Assembly: GCA_038139495.1 (NCBI GenBank) | Contig: JAYOSY010000002.1 | Coordinates: forward strand, 59,137 to 123,136 | Direction of reading: 5' to 3' | Length of the DNA: 64,000 nt | From: Porticoccaceae bacterium | GTDB lineage: Bacteria; Pseudomonadota; Gammaproteobacteria; Pseudomonadales; Porticoccaceae | In this document: positions 21,469-33,380 of the stretch, one piece after another | Layout of the letters: every line of letters starts with the position of its first letter | How positions within the stretch are numbered: position 1 is the first letter of the stretch | Translations under genes and position numbers: made by a program | Notes under the pieces: model-generated | What the model was told of the DNA's origin: nothing | Seen by the model: the letters and a program-made list of their open reading frames with translations, nothing else | Databases searched by the model: none

Positions 21469-23265
21469 ATGGCCATAACAATTAATGAAATTCGTACTAA
21501 GTATCTTTCTGGCAATTTGACACCTGAACAGCTTATGGAGTCAATTCGCGAAAAGAGCAAGTTGTATGAAGACCGAAATATATGGATTCATATACTCTCC
21601 GCTAAAGAACAGAAGAAGTGGCTGCAGGAATTGTCTCAGAAACCGATTGACACGCATCCTCTTTGGGGAATTCCATTTGCAATTAAGGACAATATTGATC
21701 TGGCAGGCATCGCAACAACAGCAGCCTGTCCTGACTTTAGTTATGTACCTGAAAAATCGGCTTTTGTTGTACAGAAGCTAATTGATGCAGGGGCGATACC
21801 AGTAGGTAAAACCAACTTAGATCAGTTCGCAACTGGCCTAAATGGCACACGTTCACCCTACGGTGAATGTCATAACGCTTTTAATCCTGATTTTATTTCT
21901 GGTGGTTCAAGTGCCGGCTCTTCAGTTGCTGTCGCGCTTGGTTTATCTGCTTTTAGCCTGGGCACAGATACGGCAGGTTCTGGGAGAATTCCGGCTGGAT
22001 TCAATAATCTAATTGGCGTAAAACCCAGTATCGGTTTGCTATCTGCAACGGGTATGCTGCCAGCGTGCCGTAGTCTCGATTGTATGACCATTTTTTCACT
22101 AACCGTTGATGATGCAAATCTGGTTTTAAGTCAGGCTGAAGGATTGGATACTTCAGATGAGTACAGTCGCAAAAATACCTTTGCAAACAGCCAAAGATTT
22201 TATGGCAAACATCAGGGACCCTTAAAAATTGGAATACTGCCTGATTCACAACTCAAGTTTTTTGGCGATAAAGCTTACACTCAGCTCTATCAGCAGACTA
22301 TTGAATCTCTTAATAACGATGGTGTGGATTTAATCGAGATCGACTACGCCGCATTTGATGAAGCTGCATTGATGCTTTATGAGGGACCCTGGGTTGCTGA
22401 GCGATATCTGGCCTGTCAACCTCTGATTGATGAAAATCCTGAGGCAATTCATCCTGTTGTACGCGAAATTGTGAAAAAGGGTAAGTACCCATCAGCTGCC
22501 GATCTTTTCACTTATCAGTATCGCCTTCAGGGGTTAAAGTCTCGTTGCCGAAAAGCCATCGAAGAAATAGACTGCTTGCTAACTCCAACAGCTGGCAAGC
22601 ACTTTACGATTGCTGAAATGCTAGAGCAACCAGTTATATGCAATTCTCAGTTGGGCTACTACACCAACTTTATGAATCTTTTCGATATGGCTGCGGTTGC
22701 CGTGCCTACAGGATTCACAGAAACGGGCATGCCATTTGGTGTAACAATATCAAGTTTAAATTTCCGAGATCGATCGCTTCTTAGCATTGCTAATCGAATT
22801 GAGGCTCTGTTTCATACACCGCTGGGTGCCTTAAATATGAAGAGGCCCAATAGTTTAGCTAATTCAATAGCTGATCAAACACGTGTTGACCTAGTAGTAT
22901 GCGGTGCTCACCTAGAGGGATTACCCCTGAACTGGCAACTTAAGGAGCGGGGCGCGATATTAAAGGCTAAAACTCAGAGCTCACCTGACTACAAGCTCTT
23001 CGCCCTTGCTGGCGGCTCAATTGCACGTCCTGGTATGCTCAGAGCTGCACAAGGAGGGAGAGCAATTGACGTCGAAGTTTGGTCGATTCCCTCGCTGGAA
23101 TTAGGTAGTTTTGTGGCCGCCATCCCTGAGCCGTTAGGCATTGGAAAGGTGCAGCTAGCAGATGGATCTTGGAAGAGCGGTTTCATTTGCGACGGCAATG
23201 GATTAGCTGATGCTACGGATATTACCGATTTCTGTAGCTGGAAAGCTTGGATAGCTCAAAACTAG
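21469..23265 (+). CDS. atzF: Allophanate hydrolase
   Basis: Amidase signature KDNID, GGSSAGS, GTDTAGSGRIP, GKTNLDQFATGLNGTRSPYG; C-terminal VVCGAHL domain. Confidence 0.95.
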   Translation: MAITINEIRTKYLSGNLTPEQLMESIREKSKLYEDRNIWIHILSAKEQKKWLQELSQKPIDTHPLWGIPFAIKDNIDLAGIATTAACPDFSYVPEKSAFVVQKLIDAGAIPVGKTNLDQFATGLNGTRSPYGECHNAFNPDFISGGSSAGSSVAVALGLSAFSLGTDTAGSGRIPAGFNNLIGVKPSIGLLSATGMLPACRSLDCMTIFSLTVDDANLVLSQAEGLDTSDEYSRKNTFANSQRFYGKHQGPLKIGILPDSQLKFFGDKAYTQLYQQTIESLNNDGVDLIEIDYAAFDEAALMLYEGPWVAERYLACQPLIDENPEAIHPVVREIVKKGKYPSAADLFTYQYRLQGLKSRCRKAIEEIDCLLTPTAGKHFTIAEMLEQPVICNSQLGYYTNFMNLFDMAAVAVPTGFTETGMPFGVTISSLNFRDRSLLSIANRIEALFHTPLGALNMKRPNSLANSIADQTRVDLVVCGAHLEGLPLNWQLKERGAILKAKTQSSPDYKLFALAGGSIARPGMLRAAQGGRAIDVEVWSIPSLELGSFVAAIPEPLGIGKVQLADGSWKSGFICDGNGLADATDITDFCSWKAWIAQN

Positions 23266-23460
23266 TCGTTTGTTTTCGTCGATCAGAGTCTAGTGCCAGC
23301 AGATATTAATCGCGTTTGTTGTTTTTAATATAGAGACTACCGTCGACAGTGAAATTTTTAACGACGTGAGCCAGATTTAACTTATAAATTTGCCGTTTAC
23401 AAACCTAATGGTTGATATTTTTAGTGCGTAATTTAAATAATTATTTTCGTTATTAATTCG

Positions 23461-23479
23461 GATCCAAAATATTAAATAA
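23461..23479 (+). repeat. Right copy of degenerate direct repeat of yicC 3' end
   Basis: GATCCAAAATATTAAATAA, reads IQNIK* versus IQNIE* of yicC. Confidence 0.6.
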
Positions 23480-23570
23480 TATTCATATGCTAGAGAGTGC
23501 GTCAGCGTAGATTTATTTTTTCACTGATGTAAACTCGACATTATAATTTTAATACCCGACACATTTTACT

Positions 23571-24179
23571 ATGGCACTTGGCACACTCTTTATTATTTCA
23601 GCACCCTCAGGCGCAGGAAAAACCAGTTTAGTTTCTGCGCTTATAGACAGACTCGATAATCTTCAGGTTTCAATATCGCACACCACCCGAAAAGCTCGGC
23701 CCGGCGAAAAAGACGGTGTTAACTATCACTTTGTATCCTACGAAGAGTTTGAAGCCATGGTCGCCAACCAACAGTTTGTCGAACATGCTAGGGTACACAG
23801 TAACTTTTATGGCACCTCCAAGGATTGGCTTGAAAGCAGCCTAAATCAAGGAATTGATGTCATCTTAGAAATTGATTGGCAGGGTGCAGAGCAGGTTCGT
23901 AACAAGTTTCCTCGAAGCAAAAGCATCTTTATTTTACCACCTAGTCAGCAGGCACTTTTTGAACGTCTGAAGAGTCGAGGACAGGATGAAGACGCAATAA
24001 TCAAACAACGAGTTGCCGCTGCAAAAGAAGAAATGAGTCACTATAATGATGCTGACTACTTAGTCATAAACGATCAATTTGAAATTGCCTGTCAGGAGCT
24101 TCAAACCATTATTCAAGCACAGCGGTGTGAAATTAATAGTCAGCGACATGAAAAACTATTAATTGATTTATTGTCGTAG
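23571..24179 (+). CDS. gmk: Guanylate kinase
   Basis: SAPSGAGKTS, SHTTR..RPGE.DG..YHF, LEIDWQGA. Confidence 0.97.
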   Translation: MALGTLFIISAPSGAGKTSLVSALIDRLDNLQVSISHTTRKARPGEKDGVNYHFVSYEEFEAMVANQQFVEHARVHSNFYGTSKDWLESSLNQGIDVILEIDWQGAEQVRNKFPRSKSIFILPPSQQALFERLKSRGQDEDAIIKQRVAAAKEEMSHYNDADYLVINDQFEIACQELQTIIQAQRCEINSQRHEKLLIDLLS

Positions 24180-24254
24180 CCCCTCGTATTAGGTAAAATC
24201 ACTGACTTCCGATGGCAAATCGTCATCAAATTATATATAAATATCGGAAATAAT

Positions 24255-24521
24255 ATGGCTCGTATTACTGTAGAAGATTGCTTAGATTATGTTGATAACC
24301 GTTTTGAACTAGTGATGGTTGGCTCTAAACGCGCCCGCCAAATTGCTGTTGATGGACGACCACCACTCATTGAAGTAGAAAATGATAAGCCCACAGTGAT
24401 TGCTCTTCGTGAAATCGAACAGGGATTAATCACGCCCGAGGTTCTTCAAGAAATCGAACGCGACTATGAAATCGTAGAATCTGAAGAAAGCACTGAAGAA
24501 GCTCCTGAAGACGCCAGCTAA
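24255..24521 (+). CDS. rpoZ: RNA polymerase omega subunit
   Basis: [29 protein letters not shown]. Confidence 0.97.
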   Translation: MARITVEDCLDYVDNRFELVMVGSKRARQIAVDGRPPLIEVENDKPTVIALREIEQGLITPEVLQEIERDYEIVESEESTEEAPEDAS

Positions 24522-24553
24522 TTTGGTGTTGCGGCTAGGAGGGTAATAAATAC

Positions 24554-26668
24554 GTGCTTTCAGTACTTACCGAAAAGCTCTCCAACTATCTTGAGCCAAA
24601 AGAAGTCACTAAAATTGAGCGTGCCTACAGGTATGCTGAGCAATGCCACTCTGGTCAGTTACGTCAGAGTGGTGATCCCTATATTACCCATCCTTTAGCA
24701 GTTGCCAATATCTTGGCTGACATGCGACTAGACCATGAAAGTCTAATGGCCGCCTTGCTGCATGATGTTATTGAAGATACCGGGGTTACAAAAGGTCAAA
24801 TTAGTCGTCGCTTTGGGCGCACAGTTGCCGATTTGGTCGACGGGGTAAGTAAACTTAGTGAAATCGAATTTGAAACCAAGGCTCAGCTACAAGCTGAAAG
24901 CTTTCAAAAAATGACTTTGGCTATGTCCAAAGATATTCGTGTCGTGTTAGTCAAGCTAGCTGATCGACTCCATAATATGCGAACCTTAGGCGTATTACCT
25001 CCAGAAAAGCGCCGCCGAATAGCTCGAGAAACACTGGAAATTTATGCGCCTATTGCGCAGCGATTAGGCATCAATGACATTCGTGTTGAATTAGAGGATA
25101 TTGGCTTTGCCATTATGTACCCTCTGCGCCATAGACGTCTCCGCGAAGCAATCAAAGCCGCCGGTAAAAATCGCAAAGAAATTATTACTGAGATCAATCA
25201 AGCCATTGAGGTTCGTCTCGAAAGAGAATCCTTTATAGCCATTGTGAAAGGGCGTGAAAAACATCTTTGGTCGATCTACAAAAAAATGCGCGATAAACAC
25301 AAATCCTTTCGCGACATTATGGATGTTTTCGCCTTCCGCCTAATTGTTAACTCAGTTGACGATTGCTATCGAACCCTCGGCATTATGCATAATATCTTTA
25401 AACCCGTGCCCGGTGAATTTAAAGACTACATCGCAATACCCAAAGCCAATGGTTACCAATCGCTTCACACCGTATTAGTGGGCATGCATGGGGTGCTTAT
25501 TGAAGTTCAAATTAGAACTCACGAAATGGAAACAATGGCTAATTATGGTATTGCCGCGCACTGGGAGTATAAAGCTAGCGAGGGCACTGTTGACTCAAGC
25601 CAGCGTCGTGCTATTCGCTGGGTACAGGGGTTACTCGAAATGCAACAGCAAGCGGGCGATTCCCTTGAATTCTTAGAGCACGTTAAAACTGATCTCTTTC
25701 CAGACGAAATCTATGTATTTACCCCAAAAGGAAGAATTATCGAACTTCCCTCACTGGCAACACCTATTGATTTTGCCTATTCAGTTCATACCGATTTGGG
25801 TAACAGCTGTATAGCCTGTCGAGTCGACGGTGAGCTGACGCCACTGTCGGAACAGTTACAAAGTGGCCAAAAAATTGAAATTATTAGCACTCAGGGCGCA
25901 CAGCCCAACCCTAACTGGCTAAACTTTGTTGTTACTGCCAAGGCGAGAAGTGCGATTCGACACTTCTTAAAAAACCAGCAACATGATGAATCTGTTGATC
26001 TTGGCAAGCGACTGCTGGACAAAGCGCTCGCTAACTATGGCTCCAGATATAACAGCCTAAAGAAATCACAGATTAAACGCCTCCTTAAAGAAACATCTGC
26101 ACCGACTTTTGAGCATGTGCTACAACAAATTGGCTTGGGTAATCAGGTGCCATTTGCTGTAGCTAATATTCTTGTACCGCCTTCCAAGCGTAAAATTCCT
26201 GAAGATCGTCGCAATGCTAGCTTACCCGTGGTTATCGATTCATCCGAAAGCCTTATCCTGCATTATGCACGCTGCTGTCATCCAATTCCTGGCGACCCAA
26301 TTTTAGGGCACGTATCTCCAGGTAAAGGTCTTGTTGTTCACATCGAAACTTGCCACAACCTAAAAGAAATTCGCAATCATCCAGAAAAATGTGTATCTCT
26401 AAGCTGGTCGCTGTCTGCAGAAGGTGAATTCCCTGTAGAAATCAAAGTGGAATGCACGCCAGAGCGCGGCTTTATTGCAGCCCTAGCCTCAAGGATCACT
26501 GATCAGGATGCCACCATTGAAACTATTAATACCACCGAAAAAGATGCCTATACCAGTATTGTAGATGTTGTTCTTACGGTTAGAAACCGCGTACATCTTG
26601 CTGATATTATTCGACGCGCCAGAAGTCTCGCTGCGGTAAGAAAGGTCTATCGAGTTAAAAACAAATAA
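24554..26668 (+). CDS. spoT: Bifunctional (p)ppGpp synthetase/hydrolase SpoT
   Basis: Intact HD motif (LLHDVIED), [22 protein letters not shown] and ACT domains; after rpoZ. Confidence 0.96.
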   Translation: MLSVLTEKLSNYLEPKEVTKIERAYRYAEQCHSGQLRQSGDPYITHPLAVANILADMRLDHESLMAALLHDVIEDTGVTKGQISRRFGRTVADLVDGVSKLSEIEFETKAQLQAESFQKMTLAMSKDIRVVLVKLADRLHNMRTLGVLPPEKRRRIARETLEIYAPIAQRLGINDIRVELEDIGFAIMYPLRHRRLREAIKAAGKNRKEIITEINQAIEVRLERESFIAIVKGREKHLWSIYKKMRDKHKSFRDIMDVFAFRLIVNSVDDCYRTLGIMHNIFKPVPGEFKDYIAIPKANGYQSLHTVLVGMHGVLIEVQIRTHEMETMANYGIAAHWEYKASEGTVDSSQRRAIRWVQGLLEMQQQAGDSLEFLEHVKTDLFPDEIYVFTPKGRIIELPSLATPIDFAYSVHTDLGNSCIACRVDGELTPLSEQLQSGQKIEIISTQGAQPNPNWLNFVVTAKARSAIRHFLKNQQHDESVDLGKRLLDKALANYGSRYNSLKKSQIKRLLKETSAPTFEHVLQQIGLGNQVPFAVANILVPPSKRKIPEDRRNASLPVVIDSSESLILHYARCCHPIPGDPILGHVSPGKGLVVHIETCHNLKEIRNHPEKCVSLSWSLSAEGEFPVEIKVECTPERGFIAALASRITDQDATIETINTTEKDAYTSIVDVVLTVRNRVHLADIIRRARSLAAVRKVYRVKNK

Positions 26669-26687
26669 TATGTTTGAGGAATCATTG

Positions 26688-27071
26688 ATGTCTAATAAAG
26701 CACATATTTACACGGAAAAAGCACCAGCGGCCATTGGCCCCTACAGTCAAGCAGTGAAAGTGAACAATACTGTATACCTGTCAGGTCAAATTCCATTAGA
26801 TCCCGAAACAATGGAGCTTATTGATGGCGATATCCAGCAGCAAGCCAGACAGGTTTTTGCCAATCTAGAGGCTGTTTGCCAAGCCGCCGGCTCTGATCTT
26901 AGCGGCATTGTTAAACTCAATATTTTCCTAACCGATCTTAGTAATTTTGCAGCGGTCAATGAAGTGATGGCTGAACTTTATGACGAACCCTACCCTGCAC
27001 GCGCCGCCATTGGCGTAAAAGAGCTCCCCAAGGGTGCAGAAATTGAAATGGATGGCATCGCAGTTATTTAG
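26688..27071 (+). CDS. ridA: RidA family enamine/imine deaminase
   Basis: [25 protein letters not shown]. Confidence 0.92.
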   Translation: MSNKAHIYTEKAPAAIGPYSQAVKVNNTVYLSGQIPLDPETMELIDGDIQQQARQVFANLEAVCQAAGSDLSGIVKLNIFLTDLSNFAAVNEVMAELYDEPYPARAAIGVKELPKGAEIEMDGIAVI

Positions 27072-27922
27072 CTTATACCCGCTAATTGTCTATCCTTGAT
27101 AATTTTGCTGTACCCCTCCTGATAGGTGGGGTACTTAAATTGATAACCTGTGGCTAACAGCCGGCTGTTATCACAACGACGAACAGAGCCTAGCTTAACT
27201 TTTTCCTCCACCAGACCAACGGCAAGCTGTTCTGCCAACCATTGACGTATTTCTTGCTGCGTGACTGGCGCAGAATCAGATGCTAAATAGTCGGACAACA
27301 GCGGGTTTCCAGACAGTGCATATTCTACTAGGTGAGCCAAAATGCCGCCACAGTCATCGGCATGTATGCGATTGCTCCACTGCTCTGGACTGGATGGCCT
27401 GCCTTTCCCCGCCAATACCTGACTTAACAAGCGGGTTCTTCCTGGCCCGTAAATTCCAGAGAATCGAATAACTGAGGTTTCGCAGGGGATTTGCTGAATA
27501 ATTTTCTCAGCTGCAAGCAAAATTTCACCAGAAAATGTGTTTGGCCTTGGTTGAGTTTCTTCATTCACCCAGCCACCCTTAAGGTCGCCGTAAACACTGG
27601 TGCTAGAAACCCAAAGCACCAACCTTGGAGCCTTATGCAATTTGGTAATTGAATTGGCGATTGACTTGGCCACCGCTAAATAGCTGTCCTTGTATGCCTG
27701 CTCAGTAAATTCACCCGGCGTAATGGTTGCAATCCAGATATCAAAACCTTTTGAGGCTGCTGCAAAAAATTGCTCAGGATCAGAAGCATCTGCTTTAATC
27801 GGCTGTATGTATTCAGGCAAATTATCAGGCTGCCGCCTTAAGCCAAAGCACTTATAGCGGGCTTGCATCTCACTTGCAGCTCGCAGCGCTATATCGCCAC
27901 AACCAATAAAAAGCACTTTCAA
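27068..27922 (-). CDS. NAD-dependent epimerase/dehydratase (atypical SDR, YeeZ-like)
   Basis: GCGDIA Rossmann start, [22 protein letters not shown]. Confidence 0.85.
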   Translation of the reverse strand: MKVLFIGCGDIALRAASEMQARYKCFGLRRQPDNLPEYIQPIKADASDPEQFFAAASKGFDIWIATITPGEFTEQAYKDSYLAVAKSIANSITKLHKAPRLVLWVSSTSVYGDLKGGWVNEETQPRPNTFSGEILLAAEKIIQQIPCETSVIRFSGIYGPGRTRLLSQVLAGKGRPSSPEQWSNRIHADDCGGILAHLVEYALSGNPLLSDYLASDSAPVTQQEIRQWLAEQLAVGLVEEKVKLGSVRRCDNSRLLATGYQFKYPTYQEGYSKIIKDRQLAGIS

Positions 27923-28013
27923 TTAAACTTCCCCTGCAAAATTTGCGTAAAATAATTTATTAAAAATGAACATAATATAAAAATTTACTATTATAGCGCC
28001 AAGAGGTAAATAA

Positions 28014-28931
28014 ATGACATTGACTGAACTTCGTTACGTGACGGTTCTAGCAAAGGTTCAACACTTTGGTAGAGCGGCCGAACAATGCAATGTAAGCCAG
28101 CCAACATTAAGTATTGCTGTCAAAAAGCTTGAGTCTGAACTTGGCGTAGAGATATTTGAACGGACCAAAAGTCTTGTTCGGCCTACACCTGTGGGCGAAA
28201 AAATTGTGCAGCAGTCACGAAGAGTGCTCGAAGAATCAGCTGTTATTAAAGATATAGCCACTCTGGGCAAGGATCAGCTTAGCGCACCGCTTCATGTTGG
28301 CGCTATATTTACTATCGGACCCTATTTATTTCCCAGTTTTATTCCTAAGCTACAAAATAATGCGCCAGATATGCCTCTTATTATTGAAGAGGGATATACC
28401 AGCTCACTTAGACAAAGACTGCGTAAGTGCGAAGTTGACGTGATTATTGTTGCCCTGCCTTTCAATGAACCCGATGTAGTAGTTCAGCCGTTGTTTGAAG
28501 AGCCTTTTATGGCAATCGTGCCAAAAGAGCACCCTCTAGCTCATGACTACGAAGTCAGTCCTGAACAAATTAACAACGAAAATGTGTTGTTGCTTGGGGA
28601 GGGTCATTGTTTTAGAGACCAGGTGATTGAAGCGCTACCCGCCATTAACAAAGCCTCCAATGGGTCCGCTCGAATTAGAACCGTAGCCGAAGGCAGCTCT
28701 CTAGAAACGCTCTGCTATATGGTGGCATCAGGACTGGGTATTACGATACTTCCAGAGTCTGCGACTCAGGTATCCAGTTTTAAAGCGACAAACCTACTGG
28801 CTATTCCCTTCTCAGGTAATGGCCCTAAAAGAACGACAGCACTAGCATGGCGCGCCAGTTTCCCAAGACACCAAGCCATTGATGTCCTGCGCAAAGCCAT
28901 ATTAACTAGCGATCCAAAGTTGTCTAATTAA
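28014..28931 (+). CDS. oxyR: Hydrogen peroxide-responsive LysR regulator OxyR
   Basis: HFGRAAE.C.VSQPTLS HTH, LLGEGHCFRDQV peroxidatic Cys, GSSLET; upstream of recG. Confidence 0.9.
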   Translation: MTLTELRYVTVLAKVQHFGRAAEQCNVSQPTLSIAVKKLESELGVEIFERTKSLVRPTPVGEKIVQQSRRVLEESAVIKDIATLGKDQLSAPLHVGAIFTIGPYLFPSFIPKLQNNAPDMPLIIEEGYTSSLRQRLRKCEVDVIIVALPFNEPDVVVQPLFEEPFMAIVPKEHPLAHDYEVSPEQINNENVLLLGEGHCFRDQVIEALPAINKASNGSARIRTVAEGSSLETLCYMVASGLGITILPESATQVSSFKATNLLAIPFSGNGPKRTTALAWRASFPRHQAIDVLRKAILTSDPKLSN

Positions 28932-31042
28932 TGTCTTCTGCTAGCCTTGATCAAATATCGATTCGAGAACTTCGAGGCGTTGGGCCACAAATCTTCCAAA
29001 AGCTCAATAAATTAGGCCTTAAAAATCTTCAGGATCTAATTTTCCACCTGCCCTTACGCTATATAGATCGGACCAAAATAACACCCATTGGCAGTCTTCA
29101 ACCACAGACGGATGTTGTTCTTGAGGGCGAAATTCGCGCTAGCGAGGTAGTCTTTGGTCGAAGAAGAAGCTTGGTCTGCAAACTACAGGATGGCACAGGG
29201 ACAACGGTGCTTAGATTTTTTCACTTTAGTCGCGCCCAGCAGGAAAGGCTAAAGACTGGTGCAAAATTGCGCTGTTTTGGCGAAGTAAGACCTGGCAGGT
29301 TTGGACTTGAAGTCTATCATCCAGAATACCAGCATCTAGATGGCGCCAACCCGCCCGATTTAGAAGAGACACTCACCCCCATTTATCCATTAACTGAAGG
29401 TATTAGTCAGACACGAATTCGTGATTTGTGCTCACAGGCTCTTAAGGCACTTGCAACTCAGGGTATACCCGAGCTGCTTCCAGAATCATTAAAAAAACAA
29501 TTTAATGCGGAACTTTCCTATTCCTTGATAGACGCCTTGCAACTTATTCACTCACCGCCACCCGGTTTTGAGCTTCATCGCTTGGCGACGGGAGAGCACC
29601 CGGCTCAACAAAGACTAGCAGCTGAAGAGCTTATTGCTCATAATTTAAGCCTGCTAAAAATGCGCCAAAAGGTTCAGGCACAGTCTGCGACATCACTGCC
29701 CTATAACCCTGAAGTAATTTCACATTTTTTGAAGCAGCTACCTTTTAAGCCGACAGGTGCACAGCAACGGGTTTCTGATGAAATAAGCTCTGATATGAAC
29801 AACCCCTTTCCTATGTTACGACTGGTTCAGGGCGATGTTGGCTCAGGAAAAACCCTTGTTGCTGCGATGGCCGCCCTTCAGGCAATTGCCAATGGCAAAC
29901 AGGCGGCATTAATGGCGCCCACTGAAATACTGGCTGAACAGCATAGAATTAATTTTGAGCAATGGTTTAAAACGATGAACATCAGTGTCGCCTGGCTGAC
30001 AAGCAAAGTTAAGGGCAAGGCGAGAGAGGTTCAGCTACAACGAATTGCGGATGGCAGTGCACAGATGGTTATTGGCACCCACGCGCTCTTCCAAGAAGCA
30101 GTAATGTTTAAAGATCTTGGACTCAGTATTATTGATGAACAACACCGTTTTGGCGTTCATCAACGACTGGCACTGCGCAATAAAGGGTTTGGCAACAATC
30201 AATCTATGCAAGATAGCCTGGCACCCCATCAACTAATTATGACGGCAACGCCAATTCCTCGAACCCTTGCCATGAGCGCCTATGCCGATCTTGATTGCTC
30301 AGTAATTGACGAATTACCCCCCGGACGAACCCCAGTGGAAACTGCGGTTCTTAGCAACCTGCGGCGCAACGATATTATCGAAAGAGTACGCGCATCCTGT
30401 ATCGAAGGCAGACAGGCCTATTGGGTTTGTACGCTGATTGAAGAATCGGATGTTTTGGAGGCGCAAGCCGCAGAGGTAACTGCTAACGAATTACAGTTGA
30501 TGCTACCGGAACTATCCATTGGCCTTGTGCACGGACGTTTAAAGCCGCGCGAGAAGCTAGCAATTATGGATGCCTTTAAGACTGGGGAAATTAATCTACT
30601 GGTTGCCACCACGGTGATTGAAGTGGGCGTGGATGTACCCAATGCAAGCTTGATGATTATTGAAAATGCCGAGCGCTTAGGGCTATCACAGCTCCACCAG
30701 CTTAGAGGTAGAGTAGGAAGAGGCTCCGCACAAAGTCACTGCGTACTGGTTTACAGTGCACCCCTTTCTGCCAATGGTAGTGAACGACTAAAAATAATGC
30801 GTGAAACTAATGATGGTTTTGTTATTGCCGAAAAGGATCTCGAACTAAGAGGCCCCGGGGAACTGCTTGGCACCCGCCAAACGGGCGATATGCAGCTGCA
30901 AATTGCCGATCTTCAACGAGATGCACACTTACTTCCCCAAATTAAACAGGGCGCAAAATATTTAATTAAACAGCATCCAGCGTCAGTGGACCCCTTGATA
31001 GATCGATGGCTAGGTAACAATCAACAGTATACTCAGGCATAG
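28931..31042 (+). CDS. recG: ATP-dependent DNA helicase RecG
   Basis: [39 protein letters not shown]. Confidence 0.97.
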   Translation: MSSASLDQISIRELRGVGPQIFQKLNKLGLKNLQDLIFHLPLRYIDRTKITPIGSLQPQTDVVLEGEIRASEVVFGRRRSLVCKLQDGTGTTVLRFFHFSRAQQERLKTGAKLRCFGEVRPGRFGLEVYHPEYQHLDGANPPDLEETLTPIYPLTEGISQTRIRDLCSQALKALATQGIPELLPESLKKQFNAELSYSLIDALQLIHSPPPGFELHRLATGEHPAQQRLAAEELIAHNLSLLKMRQKVQAQSATSLPYNPEVISHFLKQLPFKPTGAQQRVSDEISSDMNNPFPMLRLVQGDVGSGKTLVAAMAALQAIANGKQAALMAPTEILAEQHRINFEQWFKTMNISVAWLTSKVKGKAREVQLQRIADGSAQMVIGTHALFQEAVMFKDLGLSIIDEQHRFGVHQRLALRNKGFGNNQSMQDSLAPHQLIMTATPIPRTLAMSAYADLDCSVIDELPPGRTPVETAVLSNLRRNDIIERVRASCIEGRQAYWVCTLIEESDVLEAQAAEVTANELQLMLPELSIGLVHGRLKPREKLAIMDAFKTGEINLLVATTVIEVGVDVPNASLMIIENAERLGLSQLHQLRGRVGRGSAQSHCVLVYSAPLSANGSERLKIMRETNDGFVIAEKDLELRGPGELLGTRQTGDMQLQIADLQRDAHLLPQIKQGAKYLIKQHPASVDPLIDRWLGNNQQYTQA

Positions 31043-32109
31043 TTAAGCCCCAACGAAGACTCAAAGCTTCCCGTATGATATCGACTACTCATACTCTCTA
31101 AACCCAATGGTTTAATCTTGCCCGCATTACCCGCGGTGCCAAAAGCTTCATAGCGCGCTACTGCGATATCTTTCATAGCGGCTATGGTTTCTTTTAGATA
31201 GGCGCGCGGATCAAATGCCGCCGTATTTTTGGCCAAAAACTGGCGTATGGTTCCAGTAGATGCCAAGCGCAAATCTGTATCTATATTAACCTTGCGCACG
31301 CCATGCTTAATTCCTTCGCAGATTTGCTCAACAGGAACACCATAGGTTTCAGGAATTTCACCCCCATGTTGATTAATAACGGTCAACCATTCTTGAGGCA
31401 CGGAAGAAGAGCCATGCATCACTAAATGTGTATTGGGTATTTTTTGGTGTATTTGTTTGATGCGATCAATATCCAAAATATCTCCAGTGGGTGGGCGGCT
31501 AAATTTGTAGGCACCGTGGGAAGTACCACAGGCAATCGCCAGAGCATCAACCCCTGTTTTACTCACAAAATCGGCTGCTTCGTCAGGGTCAGTTAGCATC
31601 TGCTCCTGACTGAGCACACAGTCTGCCCCCACGCCGTCTTCCTCGCCCGCTTGCCCAGTCTCGAGAGAGCCCAAACAACCTAATTCTCCTTCAACCGATA
31701 CGCCACAGGCATGGGCCATATCAACCGTTCGACGGGTAACATCCACATTGTAGTCGTAGCTAGAGGGAGTTTTACCATCTTCCATCAGTGAACCATCCAT
31801 CATCACCGAGCTAAAGCCCAGCTGAATAGAACGCTGACAAACAGCAGGACTGGTGCCATGGTCTTGATGCATGCAAACAGGAATATGCGGCCATTCTTCC
31901 ATGGCGGCTTGAATTAAATGACGAAGGAAAGGCGCGCCTGCATATTTGCGCGCGCCTGCTGAGGCCTGAACAATCACTGGACTTTGCGTCTGGTCAGCGG
32001 CGAGCATAATCGCTCGCATCTGCTCTAGGTTGTTAACATTAAATGCTGGAACGCCGTAATCATTTTCTGCGGCATGGTCCAACAGCTGTCTCATGGTGAT
32101 CAGTGACAT
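31033..32109 (-). CDS. fba: Class II fructose-bisphosphate aldolase
   Basis: [38 protein letters not shown]. Confidence 0.96.
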   Translation of the reverse strand: MSLITMRQLLDHAAENDYGVPAFNVNNLEQMRAIMLAADQTQSPVIVQASAGARKYAGAPFLRHLIQAAMEEWPHIPVCMHQDHGTSPAVCQRSIQLGFSSVMMDGSLMEDGKTPSSYDYNVDVTRRTVDMAHACGVSVEGELGCLGSLETGQAGEEDGVGADCVLSQEQMLTDPDEAADFVSKTGVDALAIACGTSHGAYKFSRPPTGDILDIDRIKQIHQKIPNTHLVMHGSSSVPQEWLTVINQHGGEIPETYGVPVEQICEGIKHGVRKVNIDTDLRLASTGTIRQFLAKNTAAFDPRAYLKETIAAMKDIAVARYEAFGTAGNAGKIKPLGLESMSSRYHTGSFESSLGLNYA

Positions 32110-32166
32110 GGCCTCTTTCCTTGTAAGTTTTTTGCATTCCTTGCAACCCTGCCACTCTGTCTATCG

Positions 32167-33333
32167 TTAGTCGCTGGCTGCTCGCGATTTTAGTAGGGCA
32201 ACGGCTGGTAGCTCCTTACCTTCAACATACTCTAAAAAGGCTCCCCCACCAGTAGAAATATAGGACACTTGCTCGGCAATTTCATACTTATCCACCGCCG
32301 CAAGTGTGTCACCACCACCGGCAATTGAAAAACCATCGCTTTCAGCAATCGCATATGAAAGAGCTTTAGTGCCCTCTGCAAACTGATCAAACTCAAACAC
32401 ACCCACTGGACCATTCCAAATAATCGTACCAAGGGGTTTAATAATTTCAGCCAAGTGTGCGGCTGATTGTGGGCCAATATCAAAAATCATATCGTCAGAC
32501 TCAACATCTTCCACTGCCACCACGCGCGCTTCGGCCGTTTCAGAAAATTCCTTACCCACCACCACATCAGTCGGCATAGGAATTTGAACTTTTTCCATCA
32601 AGGCCTTAGCCGCTGGAATTAAATCGGGCTCATACAGTGACTTGCCGACGGGATAACCTGCTGCCGCCAAAAACGTATTGGCAATGCCACCACCCACAAT
32701 AAGCTGGTCAACTTTATCTGCAAGGGTTTCCAAAACCATCAGTTTGGTTGACACCTTAGAACCACCAACAATGGCGCCAACGGGTGCCGTAGGTGTAGCA
32801 ATCGCTTTTTCTAGGGCATTTAGCTCGCCTGCAAGCAAGGGACCTGCACAGGCAACTGGTGCAAATTTACCCACGCCATGCGTAGAGGCTTGAGCACGGT
32901 GAGCAGTACCAAAAGCATCCATAACAAAGATATCACAAAGTTTTGCATAGGCCTGCGATAGCGCATCATCATTAGCCTTTTCACCTGGGTTAAAGCGCAC
33001 ATTCTCAAGTAATGCCACCTGACCCTCTGAAACATCTATACCCTTTGACCAGTCAGCAACTAATTGCACCTGAGTGCCTAATTTTTTACTGAGATCATCG
33101 GCCACAGGCTTTAAGCTAAATTGATCTTCAAATTGCCCCTCTGTCGGCCGACCCAAATGAGACATCAAAATAACCTTAGCACCTTGGCTAATAGCCTGTT
33201 TAATTGTGGGTAGTGCCGCATTAATTCTAGCGTCACTGGCGACCACGCCATTTTTAACCGGAACATTTAGATCTTCACGGATTAACACTCGTTTTTGGCT
33301 AAGGTCCAAATCCGTCATTAGCTTGATAGTCAT
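32167..33333 (-). CDS. pgk: Phosphoglycerate kinase
   Basis: [39 protein letters not shown]. Confidence 0.97.
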   Translation of the reverse strand: MTIKLMTDLDLSQKRVLIREDLNVPVKNGVVASDARINAALPTIKQAISQGAKVILMSHLGRPTEGQFEDQFSLKPVADDLSKKLGTQVQLVADWSKGIDVSEGQVALLENVRFNPGEKANDDALSQAYAKLCDIFVMDAFGTAHRAQASTHGVGKFAPVACAGPLLAGELNALEKAIATPTAPVGAIVGGSKVSTKLMVLETLADKVDQLIVGGGIANTFLAAAGYPVGKSLYEPDLIPAAKALMEKVQIPMPTDVVVGKEFSETAEARVVAVEDVESDDMIFDIGPQSAAHLAEIIKPLGTIIWNGPVGVFEFDQFAEGTKALSYAIAESDGFSIAGGGDTLAAVDKYEIAEQVSYISTGGGAFLEYVEGKELPAVALLKSRAASD

Positions 33334-33380
33334 TAGTTTTCCTATTTTTTTAATTAAGTGGCCTGTAATTTGCGTTGTAA

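Larger units (their letters stand above)
7873..23479. mobile_element. Integrase-less genomic island at yicC 3' end carrying guanidino-compound nitrogen scavenging genes
   Basis: Interrupts the normally adjacent yicC-gmk pair; bounded by degenerate repeat of yicC terminus; 11 accessory catabolic/transport genes; no recombinase ORF. Confidence 0.75.
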
